A stretch of DNA of 64,000 bases from Lophium mytilinum (GCA_010093605.1 MU004189.1:813834-877833); one strand, 5' to 3'. Positions 22,773 to 36,734 are shown, counted from the stretch's first letter. Numbers and translations: made by a program. The notes: generated by a model not told the origin, from the sequence alone.

Positions 22773-24430
22773 CTAAAACTCCATCGGATCCCCTTCTTCC
22801 CTCTCCCTTTTCACACCACCCCTCTCTTCCTTTAACAGCCCTGCCACAAACAACCTAAAGAACTCCACGTACGGCTTCATACTGGTTTTCTCCCAGTCCG
22901 GCACCTTCTTCTGGCTGCCATCCCCCGCTTCCTCACCGCCGTTCTCCCGATCCCAATCATCAATCTCGCCCAAAAGCTGCGTGACTGTCGGCACACCTAA
23001 CGGATCGAATTCTTCCACCTTTCGCGTGTCGATTGGTACACAGACTCGGCCGGTCCCAGGATGTACGCAAAACGGCGACTTGAGCAAATGGTTCAACTTC
23101 TTTGACACCTCAGCGTCCAGACGCGGGTATGTGTATTCTAGCACGATGTCTTGCTTTGCCTCCCTCAACGTCGTCGGATTGAGCGACGACATTGCGCCTG
23201 AGCTCGCCAGCGCGTCGATGTCTGCCCATTTAGATGAGCTAGGCCGCGAGGGCGCCGAATCCCACTTTTTCGCGAGTGCCGCGCGGAGGGTCTGATCTGG
23301 AAGTAGGTCTAAGAGGTGGGCGGAGCGAGACCCGGCCCAGGGGTCCTGCTCGAGCAGAATAGAGGTCTGAAAATGCGAGCGGAGGATATTGAGAGAGCGG
23401 TCTAGATGAGGATGTAGGGGGCGTTTCGGGTTTACTTTCTTTCCGCCCTGAGCGCCGCCCTTGACCAGCTCCAGGTACGAAGCTACCGCTCGCCGCCGCT
23501 GGTCGTCCATCTCGCGCGCTCGCTTGTCACAGACCCAGGCGTGGGCGCCTCGACGTCCAGAATAGACCCATAGGATGTGCTTGAAACCAAAGTCTTCGCG
23601 TAAAGCTACATCAACCACTTTTATAGCCATAGTCATGAAAGTCCAGCAGCTGAGACAGATGCTGGCGCCTGTACAGCACGTTCGGATATCGTCGTAATCC
23701 GTCATATCAATATCGAACACGAGTTCCTTTGAGACAGGGCGAAAGGCAGAGGCTTTGCGGAGGGATTTGCGTTCGCGAGGGTTGGTGCTGTAGACGGGGC
23801 CGATTTCGAAACGAGAGGGGATCATTTGCACGGCTTGTTTGCGGAGGCTGAGACTCGTCAGTTCTGTTCACTTCCCATTACTTGAGTGAGTTCCTACAGA
23901 TCTGAGGTCGGGAAGGATTGGTATCGGAGGTAAGCGTCGTTCTGTAGGGTAAAAGCGAACTCGCGATGCATGAAATCGTTTGTGGGAGAGGGCGAGTGGT
24001 TCAGCCATTGGAACAGGTAGCGGAAGGGGAAGAGGCGCTGGTAGAAAGCTCGCATGACCTCTGGATCCGCGAAGCCCGAGCTGGCCTTTATTTTACTGCA
24101 ATCAAATTAGCTTGAGTCTTTGAAGTCTCCGTCTGAACTTGCTTACATTGGCTCTTGCTCGGGTGACTTCTCTGCTTTCACTTGAGGCACGCTCGAGGAG
24201 AATTCCCCGTCTGAATCCTCATCATCGAACAAGTCCTCGAGATTGACCTTGGTCTTTGCCGGCTCTGCAAGGCTAGGGGCATCCGACATGGGGACATCTT
24301 CGGCCGGCGAGGTAGGCGGCTCCTCTTTCACAGCGCTCTCGAGGGGCTGGGCGGAGGTTTGCGAGAGTTGAGTGTCGTCGACGGGCGAGGCTTCTGGAGA
24401 GACGGAGTGAGGCATTGTTGCTGGATTCAT
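22773..24430 (-). CDS. PRI1: DNA primase small (catalytic) subunit, 3 exons
   Basis: REFAFTL, KELVFDIDMTDYD, WVYSGRRGAHAWV and HLLKSPFCVHPGTG motifs. The start is ATG 24430 or 24415. Confidence 0.97.
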
Positions 24431-24475
24431 ATGCTGTGCTGTTTGAGGGATGCCGCGGGGGTGCAGTTAGAGAAG

Positions 24476-24481
24476 ACGCGT
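24476..24481. promoter_or_regulatory. MluI cell-cycle box (ACGCGT) in the PRI1/DUF1917 divergent promoter
   Basis: Exact ACGCGT ~45 bp upstream of PRI1, a typical MBF-regulated replication gene. Confidence 0.55.
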
Positions 24482-24646
24482 CCGGTCCGCCGTAAAATGG
24501 CAATTAGCGCAATTGGTCCCTCCTGCATCCGTACCTGCACCTCTACCAATTCATGCAATCAACGTCATCGCCGAACAGCAAACAATTGGACTCTGCATCG
24601 CTCAAGAGCGGAGGTATGATTTGTACCATCGTCATATACAGTCAAG

Positions 24647-26031
24647 ATGTCGGGGGAGGATGAGATGGTTTCTGGAAGTGGCTGGGTTTCCGACGACTCA
24701 AGCTTCTATGGTAGGTGGATGCGTTGTCTTTTCTACATTCTATCTATGTATGCTTCCCTCTTTGGTCATATCTGGTGCCTTCTGCTTGTTTCAGGATAGA
24801 TATGTGCTCAACTTCAAACAGAACCAGTCAAAACGTTTCAGTATCTCTTAGCATTACCCAGAGTCGCACCACCTTGCTAACACTCGTCCATTAGGCGACG
24901 AGGAGGACCAGCATCGTCTAGAGAACCTCAGCGGGGGGCTCGAATGTGCGCACTACTGGGAAAAGAGCAGCCGCTTCCTCAACACCATCGTTTTGAAGGC
25001 TCGTAAGCAACTCCTCGACAACACCATCGCGATGCAAAAGAGCGCGGAAGCCATGCCGGCACCCAAACAACTAGCCGACAGCAACACCGACGCTGATACA
25101 GTCGCTATGGACACTCCTAAGATACTTCCCGAAGCTGCAATTGTGTTTCACAACCGAATGCAGGGTATGTCCGAAGCCTGGCAGCTGGGTGAAAGTATTG
25201 ATGACTTCGTGGCGCGATTACCTCCAGCCACAACAAGAATCGACGCCGTTGGACCGTGGATTTGGGTCATGAATCCTTACGCTCGGAGCCGGCACAGAAG
25301 CGAGCATATCCACGATTTCAAAGATGCCAGCGAAGAGTTGCTTCGACGTTATCTTGATAGGCGGGAGCAAATAGAGACTGAAACTCCTAGCAAGGCGAAA
25401 GGCGCCATCACGAGAAGGCTGAACGCCGAGTGTGACCTACCGAATCAGATTAAAGATCTTGCGATGAAGCATGGCGTCTTGAGTGGAAAGGTAAGACACA
25501 CAGGTAGCTCAGTGGTCCATTTTAGACGACGCCATCACCAATATTCATTTTTGAAGACTCCCATTAGACAGTACTGATACTCAGCGATAGTGGATGTTCT
25601 TCCCAACAGCCAAAGATCTCCCTAGGATGTGGAAGGCTCTCGCAGAAGGAACTATCCAAAATCGGCTGGGTACTGGCGCAAAGGTAGCTACAGACAACGG
25701 TAGCGCCAAGTCAGGCTCTCGTTTGATATGCATCTACACCCATGACTTCACAGACACGGAAGATGTTCGCCGAGTACTAGACGAGCTTGTGCGGATGGGC
25801 CTGGTTGATGCAGACATGCCCCAGGGAATCTTCTACAAGTGTGACGCTTATACTCATCTGGACATCAAAAACAAGAACGACTACGGCCTCAGGGCTAGTC
25901 TCTACTCAAGCAAAACCCTGCTGGCCGGAGAGCGAGTCTCTGGACAGCGGGTCTCGGGAGCTTCCAGGATCATGTCAACGCCATTCTCCAGGATGAAGCA
26001 ATCGAATCTCAACGATTTTCAACGTGATTAA
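24647..26031 (+). CDS. DUF1917/UPF0696 (C11orf68-like, eIF4E-like fold) protein, 3 exons (introns 24711-24894, ~25491-25591)
   Basis: WVSDDSSFYG N-terminus, ESIDDFVARLPP, GPWIWVMNP, LSGK|WMFF, LICIYTHDF, FYKCDAYTHLDI and YGLRASLYSS. Confidence 0.88.
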
Positions 26032-27548
26032 GCCATAATGTATGGCTACGCAGGTCAGGCCACGGGGCGCATATCGGCTTCATTTACGCATTATATCCAA
26101 CAGCATCGATGTTCAGGTTGCCGGGTTTTCTAATTCATCATGTAGACTGACGTATGTGGTTGCACGAACAATTGAGCTTCCTGCCACGAGACACGAAAAC
26201 TCTCTCAAATTCCACCAAGTGACGATAAAACTTTGGAGATGATTCCGGTATGCCTAAGACTTTGCAACATCAGGCGAACTCCTAACTCTCTTTCACGAGA
26301 GTCTGTTTTTGTCAGCGTGATGCATACGGCAGCTGGGCCTGGAGAAGAGGACGCGCTTCCCCGTACGGCATCATTGGAGGCCATGGAGACGATGGAAGGG
26401 CGCAGACAAACTATTACTCGATCACAACAGGGGCGCCAACTCGTACGTGTCTCTAGCCCCTCAGCGACGACGCAACAGCTCCGGAGATAGCCTAAGGCTA
26501 AGGAAATGTCGTCAGATGGTGAAAGATCAATTAACACTGACAGCATGTGAACGTTGTTTTCAATAACTCGTGTTTCCGCCTATCGCGATTTTCAGTTTTT
26601 CCCGTAGTCAAACGCGTTTCAACAAGGTTATAGGGACCTGGACGACAGTATTTAAAAATGACTTGAACAGCAGATTATTACCTACCTCGGATAAAAGAGG
26701 ATAATCCGGTCCGGTCCGATGGAAAAGACTTGATTCAACATTAAGTTAGTGCGTCGGATGACATTTGCGACGCTGGAAGAGATTCGACGTTATTTTACTC
26801 GATAGAATCTATTCTCATCGAGTAATACCAGCGCATAGGCTAAGCGGCGGCATACTACACTAGGCTGGACCGAACTTCACACCGCCAAAGGCCTAGCTCG
26901 ATACGGGTGTTGTGGAAGCGAGGCAGGATTTCGACATCTACGTGCGGGGAGTCGAAGCAACATAACCTTGAAGGCCTCTCATCGTGGGGTGTGCAGTTAT
27001 TGTGGCAGGACATTGCAGTTGTGTGCCGGTGGACGTGGGAATGTGGTTGAGCAGGCTGGACAATGGTTGGATGCAGGGAGAGACGCTACGGCGCTTTTGT
27101 GTAGGGCGGGCCACAGGGCTGGCACCTTATCTTTCGACTCCACCATGGTGGACACCCTCCGCTTGCGCCGTCAGCCAGGACACGAACATCCAGCCACTCA
27201 CCAACGTCATCCAGATAACCTCACCTAATCGCCCTAGTGTCTGTCAACCGCCAGTAGTTTCTATCGAGTAACACGTTCAAGAATGTTGAGATGCGCCTTT
27301 CCGCCCGACCCTGGCCCAGCCGACAGGTACCGCGCCGCGACGGATGTACCCCCGGGGGGCAGTCGTCGATCCGACCATGGCCTATCTGCTAGAAGGTTGA
27401 TAAGGGCGTCTGCACCCCAGATTTTGTCCCGCGCGTTCTCAGTGTGTTTCTATATCAAGCGTCTTTGTCCACGTTCACAAAGAAGAAATTAAGCCTCATA
27501 TACGCGTCTCTACCTTCCTGTTGAGCATCTATACGCATCTCGTGTCTC

Positions 27549-27598
27549 TTATCTCTGCCCCAGTCCTGCTTATCTCTACTCTACGCGGAATCCACCGA
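27549..27598. promoter_or_regulatory. Two GATA sites plus a CGG-N6-CCG (UaY/Ppr1-type) site upstream of allantoinase
   Basis: TTATCT at 27549 and 27570, GCGG-AATCCA-CCGA at 27585-27598, and a further GATAAG near 27399. Confidence 0.6.
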
Positions 27599-27731
27599 CG
27601 GTGTCCGTATCCCAAATACCCACAGCACCTCTACCTACACGCCAAATAATTTCTACACCTCTTCTGCTGTACAATTTCTTGTTAGATCTATGTGTATCCG
27701 ATCCTCATAATACCCCTATACCACCGTCAAC

Positions 27732-29462
27732 ATGGCTCCACACGCAACAACACCCCCTCCTACTGCCCACACACAGCTCCATTCTCACCAATCTCCACCC
27801 ATTACCGTTCTTGCCTCCTCGCGGGCTGTGGTATCGGGCCGTCTGACCGAAGCTACCATCATCATCTCGACTGCAACTGGAAAGATTACCGCTATCTTCC
27901 ATTCCGTCCTCCCCGCGTCCGATTTCCCCGAAGGCACACCATACACAGACTACTCGCCATTCATGTTACTTCCTGGTCTTGTCGATGCTCACGTGCATCT
28001 CAACGAGCCTGGACGTACTGAATGGGAAGGCTTCTGGACGGGTACAAGGGCTGCGGCATTTGGAGGTGTGACGACAGTGGTCGATATGCCACTAAATGCC
28101 ATCCCGCCCACGACAACAGTGCAGGGGCTTAAAGAGAAGGTTGAAGCAGCAAAGGGTAAATGCTGGGTGGATGTGGGATTCTATGGCGGTGTAGTTCCGG
28201 GAAACAGTGGGGAGCTAAAAGCGTTGGTGAGGGAGGGTGTGAGAGGCTTCAAGGGGTTCTTGATTGATAGTGGGGTAAGTTGTGCTTTTTCTCACACTTC
28301 GTTCTGATATTTAACATTTGCTGTAATCGCCTCCTTTCCATAATAATACCACTGCTAATCATATAAACTAACAGGTTGAAGAATTCCCTGCTGTCTCCGC
28401 TAAAGATATCGCCCTCGCTATGGGAGAGCTCAAAGATGCCCCAACAACTCTCATGTTCCACGCGGAAATGATCCCACCCATCACTGCCTCAATCGGCGAC
28501 GATGTCCAGCACTCGCACCCACCTCTCGCCCCGTCAGGCCCCCTAGATCATTACTCGACCTTCCTCGACTCGCGTCCACCATCATTCGAGACCTACGCCA
28601 TCGCCGAGATCCTATCCCTTGCACACTTGGCCCCTAAGCTCCCGCTACACATCGTCCATCTCTCCGCGATCGAAGCCATCCCGCTCCTCCGTGAAGCCCG
28701 GAAAAACGGCATCAACGTGACCGCGGAGACGTGCTTCCACTACCTCTCCCTCGCAGCCGAAGCGGTACGCGCCGGTGACACACGCCACAAGTGCTGTCCA
28801 CCCATCCGCAGCCAATCTAACCAGGACGGTCTCTGGGCCGAGCTGATGGATGAAGAAAGCGGCGAGGGCGTCATTAGGACGGTTGTGAGCGACCACTCAC
28901 CGTGTACGCCGAACCTGAAGCTCCTACCTGGCGAATTTGCGAGCAAGAAGACTGGCTGTGGTGCGGGCGTGACGGTGGTGCAAGAGGGCGATGAAGGAGA
29001 CTTCTTTGCTGCCTGGGGTGGTATCAGCTCCGTCGGTCTTGGTCTACCAATCCTGTGGACTGAAGGTTCGAAGCGGGGTGGCAAGTTTGGGGTGGAGGAG
29101 GTGGTGAGGTGGTGCTGCCGCAACACAGCGAAGCAGGTGGGTTTAGAACGCACCAAGGGCGATCTAGGGGTTGGATTCGATGGCGATGTCGTCGTTTTTG
29201 ACGACGAGGCGAGCTTTGTGGTAAGATTTGACCTCAACGTACAGCTCGAATGGGGTGTTTGAATGCTAATCACGTGCAGGTTGAACCAAGTACGATGCTT
29301 TTCCGCAACAAGTGCTCGCCGTACGAGAACAAGACGCTCAAGGGCGTTGTCAAGGAGACTTGGCTCCGAGGCCAGAAGATCTTCTCGAGAGAGGATGGCT
29401 TCTCGGAAAAGAGTGGACCGGCAGGCAAGTTACTGCTCGAGCCGAGGAAAAGCAAGGCGTAA
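27732..29462 (+). CDS. DAL1: Allantoinase, 3 exons (introns ~28276-28373, 29221-29279)
   Basis: Amidohydrolase motifs [61 protein letters not shown] and [12 protein letters not shown]. Confidence 0.96.
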
Positions 29463-31755
29463 ATCCTCGCCTTTGTCTCATTCGAGGAAGCGCGTTGTCC
29501 GGCCATCTCTATCGAGAGTGGAATGAGCATGGCGGACATGATTAGCATTTGCATTGGTAGTGGGCACAAGATACGACACACGACCGGCACAACGAATGGA
29601 CCTTTTTGTTTTAGCATAGACGGCGGGGCGACTTGGACGGAGGCTAGAGAGACTTGAGAGGATAGAGGAGCCGAGAAGAAAAGTAGAGAAGGTATAACAG
29701 TAGGATTGATGGGGTTGGAATCTCTGTCGAGTAGCTCAAAATTCCATCTATACAGACTTTTCTCACGGCCAACAAGCCATAAACGGATTCAATATCAACC
29801 TATGGTTCTTGCACCATTTGACGAGCGTTTGCCGGCTATCAGGATGTTGCTGAACGACTTAGGTCGAATGAACAGGCGTCCACCAAGAACAAGGCTTGGA
29901 GAGTAAATGTTCTACTACGGTCAACATCAAGGCACGACGTCGGCGCTTTCGAGAACAAAACAAGGTAAGCAAACTGTTTGGTCTATTACGAAATCACCCA
30001 AGACTAACTCATACACCTGCCTAGGAACAACACATCCTTGTAGCCTACCTACTAGAAACGTCTAGAAGCCCTAGCAAACCCAACCTCAACCCACTTCCGA
30101 TCATATTTATAGAGGAAAGCCTCACAAGCGTAACAGCCGTAGCAACAAACAACCACCCTCAGACTCCCCTCCCCTTCTCCCCTCTCCTCTCACCTTCTCA
30201 ATCTCATCATGACAGACCAATTCCACCAAACCCGCACGCCATGGAAAGAAAACATCCTCACCGCACCTGACCCCCGTTTCCATCAAGTAATGCTTCCCCG
30301 CACGCAACTCCTGCCGACTATCGTGACATGCAACCGCAGAGTCAGACCCGCCGTCTAGAAGCCGCTCGCTCACCAACGCTTGCACACGTGCCATGGTCCA
30401 TTGCGCCCAGTGCAGCGTGGCCACGTCGGCGCGCGTACCTAATAGCAACCATCGTGAAGATTTCTAGGCCGGGGCTCCGCGTGGTACGGCAGCGTCGCCG
30501 CGTCCACTCCGGCGCCGCCGCCAATATTCACGATGCCCCTTGGGGGTCTGACGCCTTCGCGTTCGTAGGTCTCGTGCTGGACGCGCTTTTACGTTGGGAG
30601 AGGCCCAGGCGGTGCGACGCTGACTGATGGGGCGGGCATCGTGAGGATTGGCGCGTTGGGGACAGTTTTTTCTGCGCAGTCAGTCGGGGGTGTGGCGCAA
30701 TTGCTGTTACGTTAGGGGGAGGCCACGGGATAGATGCCACGCGGTTCAGGAACCGTATGCGCCGATCTGCAAGGCCCGCTTGGTTGGAGGCGCGGGGCTG
30801 GCGGAGTGCCTGTGTGTGGTTTGGCATGCTTTTCGGGGCCGCATGTTGGCTGCTTTCTGGCGCAACACGGAGCCGGGGTGGCGGCTGTTGGGAGATGTTG
30901 CAGCACAATTGCGCGCCCGTGATGGGTGCAAGATGCAGTAGAAGGCGTGTGTGTCGCTGGAATAGGCGGGCGGGAGAGCATCGTCGAAGATTTCCCCAGA
31001 GAGTGGCCCTGGTGGCCCTGGCTAGCTTGGCCCGAAGGAAGCCGTTGGAGGGGCGTCATTTTTGACAAGTTTAGAAACAGTATTTGCCCACTGTTCGTGA
31101 TATAAAAGCTGCTGTGCCGCCCCGGACGCCTCAATTGACTCCACCGTGTCTCATACCAGACTCTACTTCCTTCCACCGCTTGTGTCTACCCTCCTCCAGC
31201 ATACCGGAAGGATTCGAGGTTGCAGCAACCGCCACACCGCGTCGATAAGCCGCAACACCACGGCGTCAGCTTGAACTACCAACTAACCGACGCCTGGGAG
31301 ACGACGCTGACTGTCTCCTCAGCCGCAGAGATAGGTGTGCAACCCCTCCAATTACCGTCGCAATCCATATCGCTGCGAAGCTTGTCTTGTTATGCGCCTG
31401 GGAGATCCCCTGCCCAGCTGTACGACCTGCGTCATGCCCTTATTTTAAGCACCGCCTTAGATCAGCACGGGGAGCTTCAAAAGCACCGCTTCACCGCAGC
31501 CTCACGGCCTTTCTTTGCACTCACTAACCAATTCACGCTAGTTCTATAGGCCGTTCACGTAGCTGAATCCGCCCTAAACCACCGACGAAGCAGACCAGCA
31601 TTTCTCCTTCAGCTGCTGCGCACTTGAAATCCACCCCACCTGAAGAACTACGATACAAGAGGGGTCTTATCCTACCACCAATTGAACGTCTAATTCGACC
31701 CACCACCTCTTTTCACCCCCAAATCCACCCAAAACACACCTCACATACTATCACC

Positions 31756-34700
31756 ATGGCTTCAACACCAGTCAACGGCGTCCAGGTTCAGAACAAGCTC
31801 CTGGATCAAGTCATCCGGACTCCCGGCCGCCAGCCCTCCCCTCTACCTACACACCTGAACGTCCCCGGCGCAGCCTCCCCACGGGTGCTTCCTCAGGAAG
31901 GCTCCGGATATGTTGCTCCTAAGTTTGAGGGCAAGGACAAGCAGATGGAGGCGGTCATGGACGGAATCGAAGACAAGGGCTTCATTCCCCCCGACTTTGT
32001 TGAATCCGAGACTACTTGGTTCTACAACGAGCTTGGAATCGATGACATGTACTTCTCCACTGAGACCGTGGAAACGTAGGTGCTCAGAGGGCTTTTTGGT
32101 GGCAATGCTAACAGTTTCTAGTGTCATAAATCACATCCACTCCCTCTACGCTGCCAAAGTAGCGGCGTACGCTCGGGACGACAAGCGCCTTGAGATCCGT
32201 CTCGACAAGGAGGCCGTCGACCATGCCGTATACATTGATACCAGTAAGCCTGGTGTCTCCGTCGTGGATGGGCCTCGCTACGAACAACGCATCGACGAGA
32301 AGTATTTGAACGGATCGCAGGGAAGTGGAACATACCGCGTGGAGAGCTTCCGCTCAGCGAGCCCTCTCCCTGGAAGCGGCACCAAAGAACAGACTGGGCA
32401 GCAGCTTCGATGCTACTTCGTCTACGAGTGCGATTTCGTAGAGAAGAACCCGAGCCCAACAGAAACGGACGTAGAGAAGATTGGCGAGAAGCGATTCTTG
32501 CAGAAGGCCACCAAGAACACGAAGGCGATATACCAGCAAGCGATTGAGAATGCTGTTGAGCGGACTGGTCCGGTCATCGAGTACTTCGACATCCAGGGCT
32601 CCCGGGAGAAGAGGCTTGTTCTTGCCTACAAGCAAGGCTCCGCCCTGGGCCTATTCAGCGCCTTGAGCGATCTCTACCACTACTATGGCCTGACGTCTTC
32701 GAGGAAATACGTGGAACAGTTTTCCAATGGCTTCACTGTCATGTCGGTATATCTCCGACCCGTGGCCGGAGCTGTAGCGAATTCAAGATACCCACCCATC
32801 GAGGCGTCTATCCACCAAATCATCAAGGAGGTTTCTCTCCTTTACTGCATTCCTCAGAACAAGTTCCAAGCGCATTTCGCGACAGGAAGATTGAGTCTGC
32901 AGGAAACCATCTATGCTCACTGCGTCTGGGTGTTTGTCTCACACTTCCTGAACCGGCTCGGATCGGAATACACCACACTCGCGTCCGTCTTGGATCCGAA
33001 CAACAGCGTACACGCAGAGCTTCTCTCCAAGCTAAAGCGTCGTCTACGCGCGGAAACCTTCACAGCTGACTACATTCTGGAAATCATCAACCAGTATCCG
33101 GATTTAGTGCACTCGTTGTATCTCTCATTTGCAAGCACACACTACGTGCAGACGAGGGGTACCCAAGACGACTTTATCCCAACACTCAGCTATCTCCGTC
33201 TTCAAATCGACAAGGTCCTTACCGACGATGAGCAGAGAGACATGATCAACAAGGCTGTGGTCAACGAGCACCACGGTATGGTCATGAGCGCCTTCAATGT
33301 CTTCAACAACTGCGTCTTGAAGACCAACTTCTACACACCCACAAAGGTCGCTCTGAGCTTCCGTCTGAACCCGACATTCCTACCAATCTCAGAATACCCA
33401 CAGCCTTTGTATGGCATGTTCTTGGTCATCAGCTCCGAATTCCGTGGCTTCCATCTCCGCTTCCGCGATATCGCTCGTGGTGGTATTCGGATCGTCAAGT
33501 CTCGTAGCCAAGAAGCTTACGCTATCAACGCTCGTTCACTCTTTGATGAGAACTACAATCTTGCAAACACCCAGCAGCGGAAGAACAAGGATATCCCCGA
33601 AGGTGGCTCGAAAGGTGTTATTCTGCTCGATGTTCACCACCAAGACAAGGCTAGAGTCGCTTTCGAGAAGTACATCGACAGTGTGCTAGATCTCCTCCTA
33701 CCCCCTACCAGCCCTGGTATCAAAGACCCGATTGTGGATCTTCACGGAAAGGAAGAAATTTTGTTCATGGGCCCGGATGAGAACACTGCAGATCTCGTGG
33801 ATTGGGCTACTGAGCATGCTAGAGTTCGTGGCGCACCCTGGTGGAAGTCTTTCTTCACTGGGAAAAGCCCGAAATTGGGAGGCATTCCCCACGATCACTA
33901 TGGCATGACCACACTCTCAGTCCGTGAGTTTGTGCTCGGCATTTACCGCAAACTCAACCTCGATCCCAGCAAAGTCCGTAAGCTCCAGACTGGTGGACCA
34001 GATGGTGACCTTGGATCTAACGAGATTCTCCTGGGCAACGAGCTGTACACGGCTATTGTGGACGGCTCTGGTGTGCTCGTGGATCCCAAGGGCATTAACC
34101 ACGATGAGTTAATTCGTCTTGCGAAGAAGCGTGTCATGATTCAGGAGTTCGACATCTCAAAGCTCTCCTCGGAAGGATATCGAGTCCTCGTCGACGAGAA
34201 CAATGTCAAGCTACCTACTGGAGAAGTCGTCTACAACGGGACATCGTTCCGTAACACGTTCCACCTCCGTGGCGGCTCGAATTACGACATGTTCGTCCCG
34301 TGTGGTGGCCGTCCAGAGTCTATTGATTTGAGCTCTGCCAGCAAGCTCATTGTCGACGGGAAATCGACCATTCCATACATTGTGGAGGGAGCCAACCTAT
34401 TCATCACGCAAGACGCGAAGCTGCGACTCGAGAAGGCTGGCTGCATTCTCTACAAGGATGCTTCGGCCAACAAGGGCGGAGTCACGTCGTCTTCCCTCGA
34501 AGTTCTTGCATCGTTGTGCTTCGACGACGCCGGCTTCATTGAGCACATGTGCGTCCGCGAGGACGACACCGTGCCCGAGTTCTACAAGGAGTACGTAAAG
34601 CAAGTCCAGAAGACTATTCAGAACAACGCGGCGCTAGAGTTTGAGGCGATCTGGAGGGAGCACCAGTCCACTGGCGAGCTGAGGAGCATACTCAGTGACA

Positions 34701-35082
34701 CGTTGAGTATCGCCATCACGAAGCTCGACGAAGAGCTCCAAGGGACGGAGCTGTGGGAGAACGTCGACCTCAGGAAGTCTGTCTTGAGGGATGCTCTGCC
34801 GAACTTGTTGGTTGAGAAGATTGGACTGGAGACTATTATGGAGCGGGTAAGTGCGGTGCAGAAGGTCAGACTCGAGGATTCAGCTCACGATACTGCAGGT
34901 TCCCGACAACTATCTTCGCGCCATCTTTGGCAGCTACCTAGCCAGTCGGTTTGTGTATAGCTACGGCATCTCGGCCAGCCAGTTTGCCTTCTTCGCATTG
35001 TAAGTTTTCCTTTCTAAAAAGGTGTGAACGAAGCTAACAGGATCACAGCATGAACAAGCGCATGGCGTTGATACAGAAGTAA
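31756..35082 (+). CDS. GDH2: NAD-specific glutamate dehydrogenase (large type), 4 exons
   Basis: RGFHLRFRDIARGGIRIV, KNKDIPEGGSKG, FMGPDENTAD, QTGGPDGDLGSNEI, VEGANLF and DASANKGGVTSSSLE. Introns at ~32076-32121, ~34847-34898 and ~35000-35048. Confidence 0.97.
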
Positions 35083-36095
35083 AGGCTTTTACAAATATCT
35101 GCCGGCTATCAAAGTTGGGATTTGGGTTTAACATGGCGTTGGCGGATCGGGAAACTAGAGTTTCATTCGGAGTTAATTGCGACTGTCCTCGGGGACTGGA
35201 TGGTGGATTGTTTGCGCCTCACTCGCGCAGGCGCTTCGAGGAAAGGCTGTGGAGGCGGCACAGTTGAAACTAAAAGTAATTGCCAGCGCCTATAATATGA
35301 ACCAATTTGACGTCTTCAACTACGGTGGCCATGGGATTGACGGTGTGGGTGGTCGAGAGGTGAGCTGCGTACACCTGCTTGCCGCTGTCTGTGGAGCCTC
35401 AGTAGGACTACAAAGTTGAAACAAGATGTAAGTTAATCTTTCTGGCAGGCCTGATAGCTCGCCAGGCTGCTCGGGCTGTGTTGTTGTGTTGTCATGTCAT
35501 GAAACCAGGTCCAGTAGCAGGACTCCCAGATTCGCTTGCAGCACCTCCTCCCCTCGATTGCCGGCCTCCTCCCACCTTCTTCCCACCACAACACTCCAGC
35601 ACCCAACGCCCAACTCGACAGCTATTAACCAAACAAAGCTTGATCCCCAGTCGCACAGTGCTCCGCAAAGGTAAGCCAGCTTTTCCGTACTCTTTCCTAC
35701 GTGTCTACCGTCCTGTTGTTATGGTTTTGGCTCGTTCGTCGCGCCCACCTGCCCGCTCGTCTTCGCACCGTATTTCCCAGCGCTTTCCACCCGACGCGTT
35801 CGCAAGCCTCCTCCGCCTGTTCTAACGCGGTCGCCTGGGCCCAGTCATCCTATCCCTCTACCTTTCAAGAGCTGGAAGCGTCGCGAGGTGCGTGATATCG
35901 CGGCTTGTTGACGTTTCTCGCCCGCAAGCTCTTTGCGCCCGCCCGCCGCCCCAACCCCAACTTGCACACTTCACTTCAGCTAACACAACATACCCCAGTT
36001 TACCTGTTCACCACCCACCACCAGACAGCCTTTTACAGCTCTATCGTCTACTTCTTCTACTCTACTCTCAGCTCCGTCTACGACCGTAAATAGCA

Positions 36096-36734
36096 ATGGC
36101 TACCACGCGCGCTAAGACGGGCAACGCGAAGCCGCGCGTCTTCCCCAAGATCGAGGAGGCGGTGACGGGCAAGAAGACGACGGGGGGCACAAGCAGCAAG
36201 GCCAACACGTCGAAGCCGCGCGCGAAGAAGGTGGCGACGGGGCGGGTGTCGAAGCCGGCGGCGGAGAAGAAGACGACGACGACTACGACGGCGGCGGCGC
36301 CGAAGAAGAAGACGCCCGTTAAGGCGGTTGCGGATAAGATTAACGGCGCGGTTGAGAAGGCGGAGGGGAAGGTTGAGGGCAAGCCCGGGAAGAAGGTTCG
36401 TTGGCGTTTTCGTGCTTTGCGGTATATTGAGTTGTTGAGAGGTAATTTTTTGAGTGTGTGGGGGGAGGCGAGTGGGTGGTTTGTTATGATTCTGGGGGCT
36501 GGGTGTATGGGTCTGTCTTCAGATGACTGGCGTTGGAGTTTTGTTTCGCGTGCACGTCTTGTTGTTGGGGCGCTCTGTCTCTCCTTTCATTTTACTCTCT
36601 TCTCTCCTGAGATTTCTTGCCCTTCCACCCAAACTCCTCCCCATCACTAACAATCCTCCCAGGCCGCCGGCACCACCAAGGCCAAGTCCACCACTACTCG
36701 GAAGGCCGCCCCCAAGGCCAAGGCCAAGGCCTAA
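36096..36734 (+). CDS. Small Lys/Ala/Thr-rich basic protein (histone H1 tail-like), 123 aa, intron 36396-36662
   Basis: The spliced product MATTRAKTGNAKPRVFPK...EGKPGKK|AAGTTKAKSTTTRKAAPKAKAKA has strong codon bias. There is a probable 5'UTR intron from 35671 (AG|GTAAGC) to 35998 or 36038. Confidence 0.8.

Noticed and set aside
29440..29462. Allantoinase C-terminus ...KSKA as a peroxisomal signal
   Set aside because: SKA does not fit the PTS1 consensus at the last residue, and no readthrough context was seen.
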